Source: an uncultured Bacteroidota bacterium
GTDB lineage: Bacteria; Bacteroidota; Bacteroidia; Flavobacteriales; BACL11
Assembly: GCA_902579065.1 (NCBI GenBank)
Contig: CACHFI010000002.1
Span: 2,205-66,204 of the forward strand
DNA: 64,000 nucleotides
Direction of reading: 5' to 3'
The position numbers and the translations under genes are program-made. A model generated the notes under the pieces. That model was not told the origin of the DNA. It saw nothing but the letters and a program-made list of their open reading frames with translations, and did not search any database. Positions 20,610 through 29,872 of this stretch are shown piece after piece (position 1 is the first letter of the stretch; each line of letters begins with the position of its first letter).

Positions 20610-21941
20610 GTGAAGACACTCATTAAAAATGCGCAAATTGTAAATGAGGGTAAAATATTTAAATCAGATTTATTAATTGAAGATCGAATAATAAAAAAGA
20701 TCGCTAACTCAATAAATGAAAAGGTTGATAAATGTATTAACGCAGAGGGCCTTCATTTAATTCCTGGATTAATTGATGACCAAGTTCATTTTCGTGAACC
20801 TGGACTTACTCACAAAGCAGACATATATACTGAAAGCAAAGCTGCAATTGCAGGTGGAATTACTTCATTTATGGAGATGCCAAATACTAACCCTCAAACA
20901 TTAACACAAGAATTATTAGAAGAAAAATTTAGAACTGGGGATAAAAAATCACTAGCTAATTTTACTTTTTTCATGGGAGTTTCAAACAATAATCTAAAAG
21001 AGGTTTTAAAAACTGACCCAAAAACTGTAGGTGCGATTAAAATTTTCATGGGCTCATCAACGGGAGATATGCTAGTAGATGATAAAAATGTTTTGGAAGA
21101 AATATTCAAAAAATCAAAGTGCTTAATTGCAGTACATTGTGAAGACGAGACAATTATAAAGGAAAACATTCAGAAAGCGGTTAAACAATACGGAGATAAT
21201 ATTCCAATTAATCTTCATCCTGATATTAGAAGTGTTGAGGCATGCTATAAATCATCATCATTTGCGGTTGAACTTGCAAAAAAACACAATACACGCTTAC
21301 ATGTTTTTCATTTATCAACTGAAAAAGAAGTTAGTCTTTTTGAAAACAACATTCCTTTAAAAGATAAAAAGATTACAGCTGAAGTCTGCATTCATCATTT
21401 GTATTTTAATTCTGATAACTACAAAGAAAAAGGATCATATATCAAATGGAATCCAGCTGTTAAAAACAAAAGTGATCAAATAGCATTATTAAATGCTCTT
21501 ATAGAAAACAAAATAGATGTAATCGCAACTGATCATGCTCCTCATACAATAGATGAAAAAAACAATAAATATTTAAAAGCACCATCAGGCGGTCCTTTAG
21601 TTCAACATGGGCTTGGTGTAATGCTAAAATTTGTTAATCAGAATAAAATTAATCTTGAAAAAGTAGTAGAAAAAATGTGTCATAACCCGTCGATTTGCTT
21701 TAAAATTGAAAAGAGAGGTTTTATACGAGAAAATTACTTTGCAGATCTTGTACTTGTAGACATTAATAAAAAGTATGAAGTCAAAAAAGAAGACCTTCTT
21801 TATAAATGTAAATGGTCGCCATTTGAAGGAGATGAATTATTTGGAAAAGTAAACTACACAATAGTTAATGGAAATATTGTTTACGAAAATGGGCGCTTTA
21901 ATGAATCCATTAAAGGGATGCGATTAACTTTTAATAGATAA
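20610..21941 (+). CDS. pyrC: Dihydroorotase (amidohydrolase superfamily)
   Basis: GTG start abutting the previous stop. DDQVHFREPGLTHKADI and ATDHAPH metal-ligand motifs. Confidence 0.75.
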   Translation: MKTLIKNAQIVNEGKIFKSDLLIEDRIIKKIANSINEKVDKCINAEGLHLIPGLIDDQVHFREPGLTHKADIYTESKAAIAGGITSFMEMPNTNPQTLTQELLEEKFRTGDKKSLANFTFFMGVSNNNLKEVLKTDPKTVGAIKIFMGSSTGDMLVDDKNVLEEIFKKSKCLIAVHCEDETIIKENIQKAVKQYGDNIPINLHPDIRSVEACYKSSSFAVELAKKHNTRLHVFHLSTEKEVSLFENNIPLKDKKITAEVCIHHLYFNSDNYKEKGSYIKWNPAVKNKSDQIALLNALIENKIDVIATDHAPHTIDEKNNKYLKAPSGGPLVQHGLGVMLKFVNQNKINLEKVVEKMCHNPSICFKIEKRGFIRENYFADLVLVDINKKYEVKKEDLLYKCKWSPFEGDELFGKVNYTIVNGNIVYENGRFNESIKGMRLTFNR

Positions 21942-21970
21942 AAAAAGCACCTAGTTAGGTGCTTTTTTTA
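21941..21970. terminator. Bidirectional intrinsic terminator
   Basis: Perfect 12-bp inverted repeat AAAAAAGCACCT (21941-21952) / AGGTGCTTTTTT (21957-21968) with loop AGTT. The A-tract and T-tract flanks let it serve the convergent pyrC and the small lipoprotein gene. Confidence 0.75.
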
Positions 21971-21987
21971 ATTTGTGTTGAAGCTAA

Positions 21988-22188
21988 TTATTCACCAGCA
22001 CTCTCTTCTTCAGCTGCAGTTTCAGCTTCTTCAGCTGCAACATCAGCAGAATCTTGAGCTGCCGCTGCTGCTGCAGGAGCTGCTTCTTCTGTTGTTTCTG
22101 TTGCAGCTTCCTCTGTAGTAGCACCGCCTCCGCATGCACTAAATACAAAAATAAAACCTGCAACAATTAAATATAATAATTTTTTCAT
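21988..22188 (-). CDS. Small acidic Ala/Glu/Thr-rich lipoprotein (66 aa), function unknown
   Basis: Signal plus lipobox MKKLLYLIVAGFIFVFSAC followed by a low-complexity acidic tail. Flanked by a terminator and a promoter-sized gap. Locally GC-rich. Confidence 0.5.
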   Translation of the reverse strand: MKKLLYLIVAGFIFVFSACGGGATTEEAATETTEEAAPAAAAAAQDSADVAAEEAETAAEEESAGE

Positions 22189-22286
22189 CTTGATTTATTT
22201 AGATTAATTTGGTGTTCAAATATAAGCTTTTAAAGAACATTGGCATAAGTATCATTCAACATCAAACATCAAGTTATCAATAGTAT

Positions 22287-22318
22287 TTTGTGTATTAATT
22301 CTCTTTATTTTAACTTTG
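22287..22318 (+). promoter_or_regulatory. Bacteroidetes-type promoter (-33 TTTG / -7 TAnnTTTG) for the DUF4296 gene
   Basis: TTTG at 22287-22290, a 20-nt spacer, then TAACTTTG at 22311-22318. The ATG at 22323 implies a leaderless or very short-leader mRNA. Confidence 0.4.
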
Positions 22319-22322
22319 CCTT

Positions 22323-22658
22323 ATGATAAGAATATTTATACTGTTTCTTATATTGTTTAGCTGTAACAATATCAATAATAGAGCTAATGATAATATCATA
22401 CCAGCTGATATGTTCACAGATTTGATTGCGGATATTCATTTAATAGAAGCTAAGTTTGAAACTATAAAATTCAAAGAAGAAATTAAAGCTACTGCCATTC
22501 TGCAACATGACTATGATTCGATTTTTTCAATGTATAATGTGTCCTATATTGATTTTAAAAATTCATTGGAATTTTACTCTTTATCTAATGATGAACTTGA
22601 AAAAATATACACAAATGCTCTTGAAAAAATAAAAAAAGAGAAATCTAAATTAGATTAG
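22323..22658 (+). CDS. DUF4296-family lipoprotein
   Basis: Lipoprotein signal MIRIFILFLILFSCN, then IPADMFTDLIADIHLIEAKF, typical of DUF4296. Confidence 0.55.
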   Translation: MIRIFILFLILFSCNNINNRANDNIIPADMFTDLIADIHLIEAKFETIKFKEEIKATAILQHDYDSIFSMYNVSYIDFKNSLEFYSLSNDELEKIYTNALEKIKKEKSKLD

Positions 22659-23654
22659 CTCTTTTTCAAAAAATCTACAATACTCTTTAATTGTTTTGTC
22701 AATTGGAATAAAATCATATTTCAGTGTTTCTTTGATTTTTTTTGATGAGTATGCAACACGTTTCATTGCACTATTAGCAGTTTCTTTAGTAAGAAGTGAA
22801 GGCATACCTGTGAAAAATGTTTTCAAAGCATCGACCCTCCAAGCTAATTCTTTTAAAAATGGGGTTACTTTATATTTTGCTCGTGGAATTTTAAATTCAT
22901 CTGCTATTTGATTAAAAACGTCCTGAAATGAAATGTTAGTTCCGTTTAAAATATATCTTTCATTTTTAATTTTTTCAGACAAAAACTGTATTGTAATTTT
23001 AGCAACATCCATAACATCTACGTAACCTGAACTTCCTGGAGAATAAAATTTTAAGCCATTAAAAACTGTTTGAAAAATTTTAGAACTACCCTTATTCCAA
23101 TCACCGGGCCCTAAAATTATTGATGGATTCAATATTATGGTATTGATACCTTCTGAGGAAGCACGCCATACTTCTTGTTCAGCATAATACTTACTATATG
23201 CATAATTGCTTACAGATTTGTTTGCAGAAAAAAATGACTCTTCATTAATTTCAAGATCTCCATCTTTTCTTCCTAATGTAGAAACTGAACTGATATATAT
23301 ACATTTTTTGAAATTATGGCTTAACGCAACATTCATAACATTTGCTGTTCCTTCAATATTGATTTTTTTCAACAACTCTACATCAGCTTTTTGAAATGAA
23401 ACAAGTCCTGCTGCATGAATTACAATATCACAATCACACATATGTTTATCTAAAGAAGGTATATCATTAATATCACCTTCACACCAAAAAATTTTATCAA
23501 ATAAATTTGAAGATTTATAATAATCAAATATCTTTTTGCAAGTATGCATACTACTTGATGAGCGCTTTAATGCTTTAACTGAAATATTATTTTGCATTAA
23601 CAACAACAAAATATATGAGCCAACAAGTCCGGTTCCTCTGGTTAAAAAAATCAT
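22650..23654 (-). CDS. NAD-dependent epimerase/dehydratase-family (extended SDR) protein
   Basis: The likely start MIFLTRGTGLVGSY carries a Rossmann motif variant (TRGTGLVG). YAYSKYYAE supplies YxxxK. The ORF-track start at 23678 is probably an over-extension. Confidence 0.7.
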   Translation of the reverse strand: MIFLTRGTGLVGSYILLLLMQNNISVKALKRSSSSMHTCKKIFDYYKSSNLFDKIFWCEGDINDIPSLDKHMCDCDIVIHAAGLVSFQKADVELLKKINIEGTANVMNVALSHNFKKCIYISSVSTLGRKDGDLEINEESFFSANKSVSNYAYSKYYAEQEVWRASSEGINTIILNPSIILGPGDWNKGSSKIFQTVFNGLKFYSPGSSGYVDVMDVAKITIQFLSEKIKNERYILNGTNISFQDVFNQIADEFKIPRAKYKVTPFLKELAWRVDALKTFFTGMPSLLTKETANSAMKRVAYSSKKIKETLKYDFIPIDKTIKEYCRFFEKELI

Positions 23655-23732
23655 ATTACAAAAATACATATATGGCATTAAAAGATTAATCTATTATTTT
23701 ATATATATTCTTATTTTTGAAAAAAAGTATTG

Positions 23733-25001
23733 ATGAACTTTATACAAGAATTAACATGGCGAGGTATGATTCATGATATTATGCCTGGTACTAAAGAGCA
23801 ATTCCAAAATGAAATGACTTCTGCCTATATTGGATTTGATCCTACAGCTGATTCATTACATATAGGAAGCTTAGTTCAAATTATGATTTTAGTGCATCTT
23901 CAAAATGCCGGTCATAAACCATATGCTCTTGTAGGGGGTGCTACAGGAATGGTAGGTGATCCTTCTGGAAAATCAAAAGAAAGAAATCTCTTAGATAAAG
24001 ATACCTTAGATCATAATTTAAACTGTGTAAAGAAACAACTAGAAAAATTTCTTGATTTTAACTGTGGAGATAATTCTGCTGTAGTAATAAATAATTATGA
24101 TTGGTTTGAAAATATGTCTTTCTTAGAATTTATAAGAGATAATGGTAAACATATTTCTGTAAATTATATGATGGCAAAAGATTCCGTAAAATCCAGATTA
24201 TCAACTGGGATGAGTTTCACTGAGTTTTCCTATCAATTAGTTCAGGGTTATGATTTTTATTGGCTTTGGAAAAACAAAAACTGTAAGGTTCAACTTGGTG
24301 GATCTGATCAATGGGGAAATATTGTTACTGGAACGGAACTTATAAGAAGGAAAGAGGGTGGAAGTGCTTTTGCTGTAACAACACCATTAATTCAAAAATC
24401 AGATGGGGGAAAATTTGGAAAAACTGAAGAGGGAAATGTTTGGCTTGATAAGAATAAAACTTCCTCTTATAAATTTTATCAATTTTGGTTAAATAATTCT
24501 GATGAAGATGCTAAAAATTACATTAAAATTTTTACTTTAAAAAATCAAAATGAAATCAACGATTTAGTTAAAGAACATGATAAAGCTCCCCATCTTAGAG
24601 TTTTACAAAAAGAGTTAGCAAAAGATGTCACTTTAAGAGTTCACGGAGAAAATGAATTAAATAATGCATTAATTGCCAGCAATATTTTATTTGGGAAGTC
24701 TACTTCTGAAGATTTAATTAAACTTGATGAAGACACCTTCTTATCAGTTTTTGAAGGAGTTCCACAATTTGAACTAAAACAAGATGATATTAACTGTGGG
24801 TTATTAGATTTACTTTCTGAGAAAACAAATATCTTTGATAGTAAAGGAGAAGCCAGAAGAATGATAACGTCAAATGCTGTTAGTATAAATAAAGAAAAAA
24901 TTTCCTTAGAATTTCAAACCTCTTCGGAAAATCTAATAAATAAAAAATATCTGCTTGTTCAAAAAGGCAAAAAAAACTATTTTATTATTAAGATCCTATA
25001 A
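23733..25001 (+). CDS. tyrS: Tyrosyl-tRNA synthetase
   Basis: HIGS (HIGH) and KFGKT (KMSKS) motifs, C-terminal S4-like domain. Confidence 0.95.
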   Translation: MNFIQELTWRGMIHDIMPGTKEQFQNEMTSAYIGFDPTADSLHIGSLVQIMILVHLQNAGHKPYALVGGATGMVGDPSGKSKERNLLDKDTLDHNLNCVKKQLEKFLDFNCGDNSAVVINNYDWFENMSFLEFIRDNGKHISVNYMMAKDSVKSRLSTGMSFTEFSYQLVQGYDFYWLWKNKNCKVQLGGSDQWGNIVTGTELIRRKEGGSAFAVTTPLIQKSDGGKFGKTEEGNVWLDKNKTSSYKFYQFWLNNSDEDAKNYIKIFTLKNQNEINDLVKEHDKAPHLRVLQKELAKDVTLRVHGENELNNALIASNILFGKSTSEDLIKLDEDTFLSVFEGVPQFELKQDDINCGLLDLLSEKTNIFDSKGEARRMITSNAVSINKEKISLEFQTSSENLINKKYLLVQKGKKNYFIIKIL

Positions 25002-25515
25002 AATTATCTATAGCATTTGCTAGTGCATTATGATTTTGACTTCCAATTAAAATATGCCTGCCGTTTTTCAAATTTACTTTAACACCTTTATTTCCTCTTA
25101 CATTATAAGCTTTTGCCTTATATCTAAATCGAATCCCCCATCCTCCATAATCTTTAATTGGTGAGTATGTAATTGCTTCAACATTTTCAATTTCATCAAA
25201 TCTTATTATATATGATTTAAAGTGCATTGGAAAAAATTGATAGTGAATTCCCTTAGAAGTAACAGAAATCCTAAGCTCTAACAAATAAAATAACAAACAA
25301 AAAACTAGTCCTAAAAGAAGTATAATTCTAGAGTCATCATTTAGAAATTGAATATCTTCATTTGATAATACAGGAATCAAACACGGCAATAAAAAAGAAG
25401 CAACTAAAATAATCCACACCCATAATTGTGTAAATTTTTGTTTTTCATAGAATTCAATTTTACTCACTGCTATACATTTTAAAAAAATTATAATAAAAGT
25501 GAGGAATCGTTTCAA
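24988..25515 (-). CDS. Membrane protein with two TM helices and a PH-like C-terminal domain, function unknown
   Basis: Hydrophobic helices [20 protein letters not shown] and [16 protein letters not shown]. If the upstream M20 gene is repaired, the real start is more likely GTG at 25467, giving an 8-nt overlap with the repaired stop. Confidence 0.4.
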   Translation of the reverse strand: MKRFLTFIIIFLKCIAVSKIEFYEKQKFTQLWVWIILVASFLLPCLIPVLSNEDIQFLNDDSRIILLLGLVFCLLFYLLELRISVTSKGIHYQFFPMHFKSYIIRFDEIENVEAITYSPIKDYGGWGIRFRYKAKAYNVRGNKGVKVNLKNGRHILIGSQNHNALANAIDNFIGS

Positions 25516-25619
25516 TACCTTTTAAATAATTAAAAATTCCATAATGCTCATTGGGAGAATGAATTGCGTCACTATCAAGTCCAAAACCAAACAAAATAGA
25601 TTTTACGTTCAACTCTTTT

Positions 25620-26855
25620 TCAAATAATGCTACTATTGGAATACTCCCCCCCCGATCTTACAGGTACTGGCTCCTTCCCATATGTAGTTTTCATTGCCTG
25701 ACTAGCCGCTTTATATGCAATGATATCTGTTGGAGAAACATAAGGCTCTCCTCCATGATGAGGACGCACCTCAACCTTAACACTCTTGGGTGCAATTGAT
25801 TTAAAATAATCTGTAAATAGTTGAGTAATTTCATTATCGCTTTGATGTGGAACAAGTCGCATCGATATTTTTGCAAAAGCTTTTGAGGGAATTACTGTTT
25901 TAGCTCCCTCACCAATATACCCTCCCCATATTCCATTTACATCCAAAGTTGGTCTAATACCTGTTCGCTCCATAGTTGTGAAACCTTCTTCACCATGTAC
26001 ATCAGTCAATTCAAGTGCTTTTTTATATTCATCAAGTGAAAATGGAGCTTTAGCCATTTTGGCTCTTTCTTCAATTGATAGCTCTGCTACATTATCATAA
26101 AAACCGGGAATTGTAATTTTATTATTTTCATCCTTCAATTTTGCTATCATCTCACACAAAATATTAATAGGATTAGCAACAGCTCCTCCATACAATCCTG
26201 AATGCAAATCACGATTAGGGCCTGTCACTTCAACTTCTAAATAACTTAAGCCTTTTAAACCAGTAGTTATTGAAGGTGTATTATTTGAAATTATTCCTGT
26301 ATCAGAAATTAAAATTGCGTCACATGATAATTTCTCTTTGTTAGAGACAACAAAATCAGATAAATGTTCTGATCCTACTTCCTCTTCTCCTTCTATCATA
26401 AATTTAAGATTACATGGAAGAGTATTAGTTTCAATCATTAATTCAAATGCTTTAACATGCATATAAAATTGCCCTTTATCATCACAAGCTCCTCTAGCAA
26501 AAATTGCACCATCTGGATGTGTCTCTGTTTTTTTAATTATGGGATCGAAAGGACCACTCTCCCACAATTCTAATGGATCTGCAGGCTGAACGTCATAATG
26601 TCCATAAACCAAAACAGTAGGTAAACTTTTATCTATTATCATGTCGGCATATACAATTGGGTATCCGGCTGTTGGACAAATCTCAACATTATTGGCACCA
26701 GCTGATTTTAATGAACCTGCAACTGCATCTGCACAATTCATTACATCTTGTTTATATGCAGGATCAGCACTAATTGAAGGTATTTTCAATAAATTTATGA
26801 GTTCATCTATAAATCTTTCTTTATTTTCTTTTATGTATTTATTTATATATTCCAT
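25620..26855 (-). CDS. M20-family dipeptidase, truncated as sequenced by a frameshift in a C8 (coding-strand G8) run; the repaired gene would span 25460-26855
   Basis: HYDVQPA, ARGACDDKGQ and EGEEEVGS motifs. After the G-run, the -1 frame continues GGSIPIVALFEKELNVKSILFGFGLDSDAIHSPNEHYGIFNYLKG..., the conserved M20 C-terminus. Confidence 0.8.
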   Translation of the reverse strand: MEYINKYIKENKERFIDELINLLKIPSISADPAYKQDVMNCADAVAGSLKSAGANNVEICPTAGYPIVYADMIIDKSLPTVLVYGHYDVQPADPLELWESGPFDPIIKKTETHPDGAIFARGACDDKGQFYMHVKAFELMIETNTLPCNLKFMIEGEEEVGSEHLSDFVVSNKEKLSCDAILISDTGIISNNTPSITTGLKGLSYLEVEVTGPNRDLHSGLYGGAVANPINILCEMIAKLKDENNKITIPGFYDNVAELSIEERAKMAKAPFSLDEYKKALELTDVHGEEGFTTMERTGIRPTLDVNGIWGGYIGEGAKTVIPSKAFAKISMRLVPHQSDNEITQLFTDYFKSIAPKSVKVEVRPHHGGEPYVSPTDIIAYKAASQAMKTTYGKEPVPVRSGGEYSNSSII

Positions 26856-26856
26856 T

Positions 26857-28371
26857 TTATACTAAGCTTTTACCAGTCATTTCAATTGGCTTTTCAACAC
26901 CCATTAATTTTAAAATTGTTGGAGCAACGTCAGCTAAAATTCCATTATTTAATTTCTCATATTTTGAATTAATCAAAAAACAAGGAACTGGATTTGTCGT
27001 ATGAGCAGTGTTTGGTGTTCCGTCAATATTTAAAGCATAATCAGCATTTCCGTGGTCAGCAATTATTAATATTTTGTATTTGTTTTGTATTGCATGTTCA
27101 ACAACACTTTTAGAACATTGATCAACAATTTCAACTGCCTGAACGATTGCTTTAAAATCACCAGTGTGACCAACCATATCTGGATTAGCAAAATTTAAAC
27201 AAATAAAATCAGGCCTATTTTCTTTAATTTCTAAAACTGTTTTTTCAACTAATTCAAGTGCACTCATTTGCGGTTTTAAATCATATGTTGCAACCTTTGG
27301 AGAATCAGCCATAATTCTTCTTTCACCTTTAAAGACTTTTTCTCTTCCACCAGATAGAAAATAGGTTACATGAGGATATTTTTCAGTTTCAGCAATTCTT
27401 GTTTGCTTCAAATTGTTTAATTCTAAAATTTCTCCTAAAGTATTTTCTATATTTTTCTTATCAAATATGACATTAATATTTTTAAAAGTTGAATCATAGT
27501 TTGTCATTGTTGTAAAATGCAAATCTAATTTCTGCATATTAAAATCAGGCATATCAAATTGAGTAAGCACAGAAGTTATTTCTCTACATCTGTCTGTTCT
27601 ATAATTGAAGCAAATAACCGCATCTCCATTTTTTATCTTACCAATAGGGTTTCCATTTTTATCTACACATACTAAGGGAGTTAAAAATTCATCAGTAATC
27701 TTTTTATCATACAAATCTTTAATCGAATCAAAAATATTTTTTGATATTTCTCCTTCACCATTTACCATAGCATCATATGACACTCGAATCCTTTCCCATC
27801 GATTATCTCTATCCATAGCATAATACCTTCCAGAAACAGAAGCAATCTTAGCTCCATTTAAATTATCAAATAACTTTTTTAGGTGCTGTATTCCAGAAGT
27901 TGGGTCGCAGTCTCGACCATCGGTAAAAGCATGTACAAAAACTTCTTTAACCCCTTTTAATTTAGCAGTTTCAAGTAACTTATATAAATGTTGTTGATGT
28001 GAGTGAATTCCACCATCAGACACTAAACCTATCAAATGAAGTGAGCTATTATTTTTTTTAACATACTCAAAAGAATTATTTAAACTTATGTTTTCTGAAA
28101 TTGAATTGTTTCTGCAAGCTTTATTAATTTTCACTAAATCTTGATCTACAATTCTTCCTGCACCTATATTTAAATGGCCAACCTCAGAATTACCCATTTG
28201 TCCCTCTGGCAACCCTACTTTTTCCCCATCAGTTAATAGCTCTGAGTTTGGATATTTTTTATAAAGAGAGTCAATAAATGGGGTTTTTGCATTAAAAATT
28301 GCATCAGAATTTGATTTGTCACCATGACCCCATCCATCTAAAATTATTAGTATTGTTTTGCTAGTTGACAT
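26857..28371 (-). CDS. gpmI: 2,3-bisphosphoglycerate-independent phosphoglycerate mutase
   Basis: ILDGWGHG start, SEVGHLNIGAGR and ADHGNA motifs. 504 aa. Confidence 0.95.
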   Translation of the reverse strand: MSTSKTILIILDGWGHGDKSNSDAIFNAKTPFIDSLYKKYPNSELLTDGEKVGLPEGQMGNSEVGHLNIGAGRIVDQDLVKINKACRNNSISENISLNNSFEYVKKNNSSLHLIGLVSDGGIHSHQQHLYKLLETAKLKGVKEVFVHAFTDGRDCDPTSGIQHLKKLFDNLNGAKIASVSGRYYAMDRDNRWERIRVSYDAMVNGEGEISKNIFDSIKDLYDKKITDEFLTPLVCVDKNGNPIGKIKNGDAVICFNYRTDRCREITSVLTQFDMPDFNMQKLDLHFTTMTNYDSTFKNINVIFDKKNIENTLGEILELNNLKQTRIAETEKYPHVTYFLSGGREKVFKGERRIMADSPKVATYDLKPQMSALELVEKTVLEIKENRPDFICLNFANPDMVGHTGDFKAIVQAVEIVDQCSKSVVEHAIQNKYKILIIADHGNADYALNIDGTPNTAHTTNPVPCFLINSKYEKLNNGILADVAPTILKLMGVEKPIEMTGKSLV

Positions 28372-28399
28372 CTAGGCAAAAATAGAAAAACTATAAAGA

Positions 28400-29143
28400 T
28401 CAATCTTGATATATAGCATCAAAAAAATTCTTTCTCATATTTTGATGGATACCATTATCAGCACCTAATCTTTCAGGATGAAACTGAACAGCAATCATAA
28501 AAGGGTGAAGACTTTTGTCCATAACAACAGCTTCTGGTAAACCATCATTAGATTCTGCAACAACAACAATTCCTTCAGCTATATCCTTTAATCCTTGATG
28601 ATGCCATGAATTTACAGTATGGATAGAATCATTATTTTTTGGGAAAATCATGTCAACATAATCGTTATTATTTGAAGATATATATATTTCATGTGTAACC
28701 TCTCCATTATTTCTATGTATAACTTCATCACCTAATTCTGTTGGAATATCACCATATAAAGTTCCTCCATGTGCAACATTCATCATTTGCATACCTCTAC
28801 ATATTCCTATAAAAGGGATCTGCTCAGAGAGAGCATAATCAAATAATTTTTTCTCTATGCTATCACGCCTGAAATCCATTGCTTCACAAAGTAATAAGTT
28901 TGAACTGTCCCCATACATTAGAGGATTGATATCCTCACCACCAGTTAATACTATTCCATCAGCAACTAACATAAGACTATCTAAATTATTAATTGTATAT
29001 GCATTTACTATATTAAAATCGAGTTCGGTCAACCAGTTAATATAATTAGTTGATGCTTTTGAAAGAATAATAGTTTTCTTCTCTTGCTCGATTGAACATG
29101 AAAGAAAAAAAACAAAAATTAATAGAGATAAATATTTTTTCAT
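28400..29143 (-). CDS. Class-I glutamine amidotransferase-like / peptidase C26 gamma-glutamyl hydrolase family, lipoprotein
   Basis: Lipobox FFLSCS, nucleophile elbow GICRGMQMMN, HHQ and QFHPE motifs. Confidence 0.7.
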   Translation of the reverse strand: MKKYLSLLIFVFFLSCSIEQEKKTIILSKASTNYINWLTELDFNIVNAYTINNLDSLMLVADGIVLTGGEDINPLMYGDSSNLLLCEAMDFRRDSIEKKLFDYALSEQIPFIGICRGMQMMNVAHGGTLYGDIPTELGDEVIHRNNGEVTHEIYISSNNNDYVDMIFPKNNDSIHTVNSWHHQGLKDIAEGIVVVAESNDGLPEAVVMDKSLHPFMIAVQFHPERLGADNGIHQNMRKNFFDAIYQD

Positions 29144-29144
29144 T

Positions 29145-29864
29145 TTAATTAAAAATTTTCTTTAGTATTTGAGTAGTTCTAGCTTTAGGATTATTTCTTA
29201 TTTCTTTTTCATTCTCTTCAATTAAATAAAAAATTCCATCAATAGTTTTTAAGGTAATGTAATCAGTCAAATCAAACTTTACTTTTTTAACAAGAGGTAT
29301 TGTATTATATCTCTTAAGAATTAAATCTAACATTTTCTGAACTTCAGTATTGTCCATTTCATTTTTAACAATAGGATAAAAAGTAGTATATAAATTATCA
29401 AAAGATTTGTCTTTTAAATATAGTGTTGCTGAATTTTCTGAGCCATTTAAAATTTGAATTGCATCATTAAATCTTAGGCTTAAAACAGCCTTAACAATTA
29501 TTTCAGATGCTTCTATAGATGCTAATTCAGCAGTTTGATTCATAGAATACTCAAAATCTAAAACTAATTTATCTAGACCTATATTTAGACAAGCCTTTTT
29601 AACTTTATTTATTTTACTTGGAAATGGAATTTTAATATTATCATTTTTATAAAAACCATTTAGTTGGGATGCATTATTACATGATTTAATAACAGAAATT
29701 TTTAAAGCTTCAGTTAATCCATTACTAATATCTTTATTAGATTGTGTCTTTTTAGAATTAATAAATGAATTCGCTGTACTTGATACATTTTTCAATACAT
29801 CAAGTTGTGCAAAAGAAAAATTAAAAACAAATAATAAATAGAAAAACAAATTAAGCTTAAGCAT
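29145..29864 (-). CDS. DUF4197-family exported protein
   Basis: Start at ATG 29864 gives the signal peptide MLKLNLFFYLLFVFNFSFAQ. The C-terminal IRNNPKARTTQILKKIF is the DUF4197 signature. The ORF-track GTG start at 29906 lies inside the tandem repeat. Confidence 0.7.
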   Translation of the reverse strand: MLKLNLFFYLLFVFNFSFAQLDVLKNVSSTANSFINSKKTQSNKDISNGLTEALKISVIKSCNNASQLNGFYKNDNIKIPFPSKINKVKKACLNIGLDKLVLDFEYSMNQTAELASIEASEIIVKAVLSLRFNDAIQILNGSENSATLYLKDKSFDNLYTTFYPIVKNEMDNTEVQKMLDLILKRYNTIPLVKKVKFDLTDYITLKTIDGIFYLIEENEKEIRNNPKARTTQILKKIFN

Positions 29865-29872
29865 TTTTATAT

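Noticed and set aside
21984-22166. 60-aa Leu/Gln/Lys-rich ORF on the same strand as the small acidic lipoprotein, in another frame
   Set aside because: It is an alternative frame of the GC-rich repeat-like region. The frame with a proper signal peptide and lipobox (21988-22188) is the more credible reading.
22189-22322. 134-bp intergenic region containing GGTGTTCAAAT, reminiscent of a tRNA T-loop
   Set aside because: No acceptor or anticodon stems can be drawn and the GC content is very low. It is better explained as a divergent promoter region, with TTTG-N20-TAACTTTG present.
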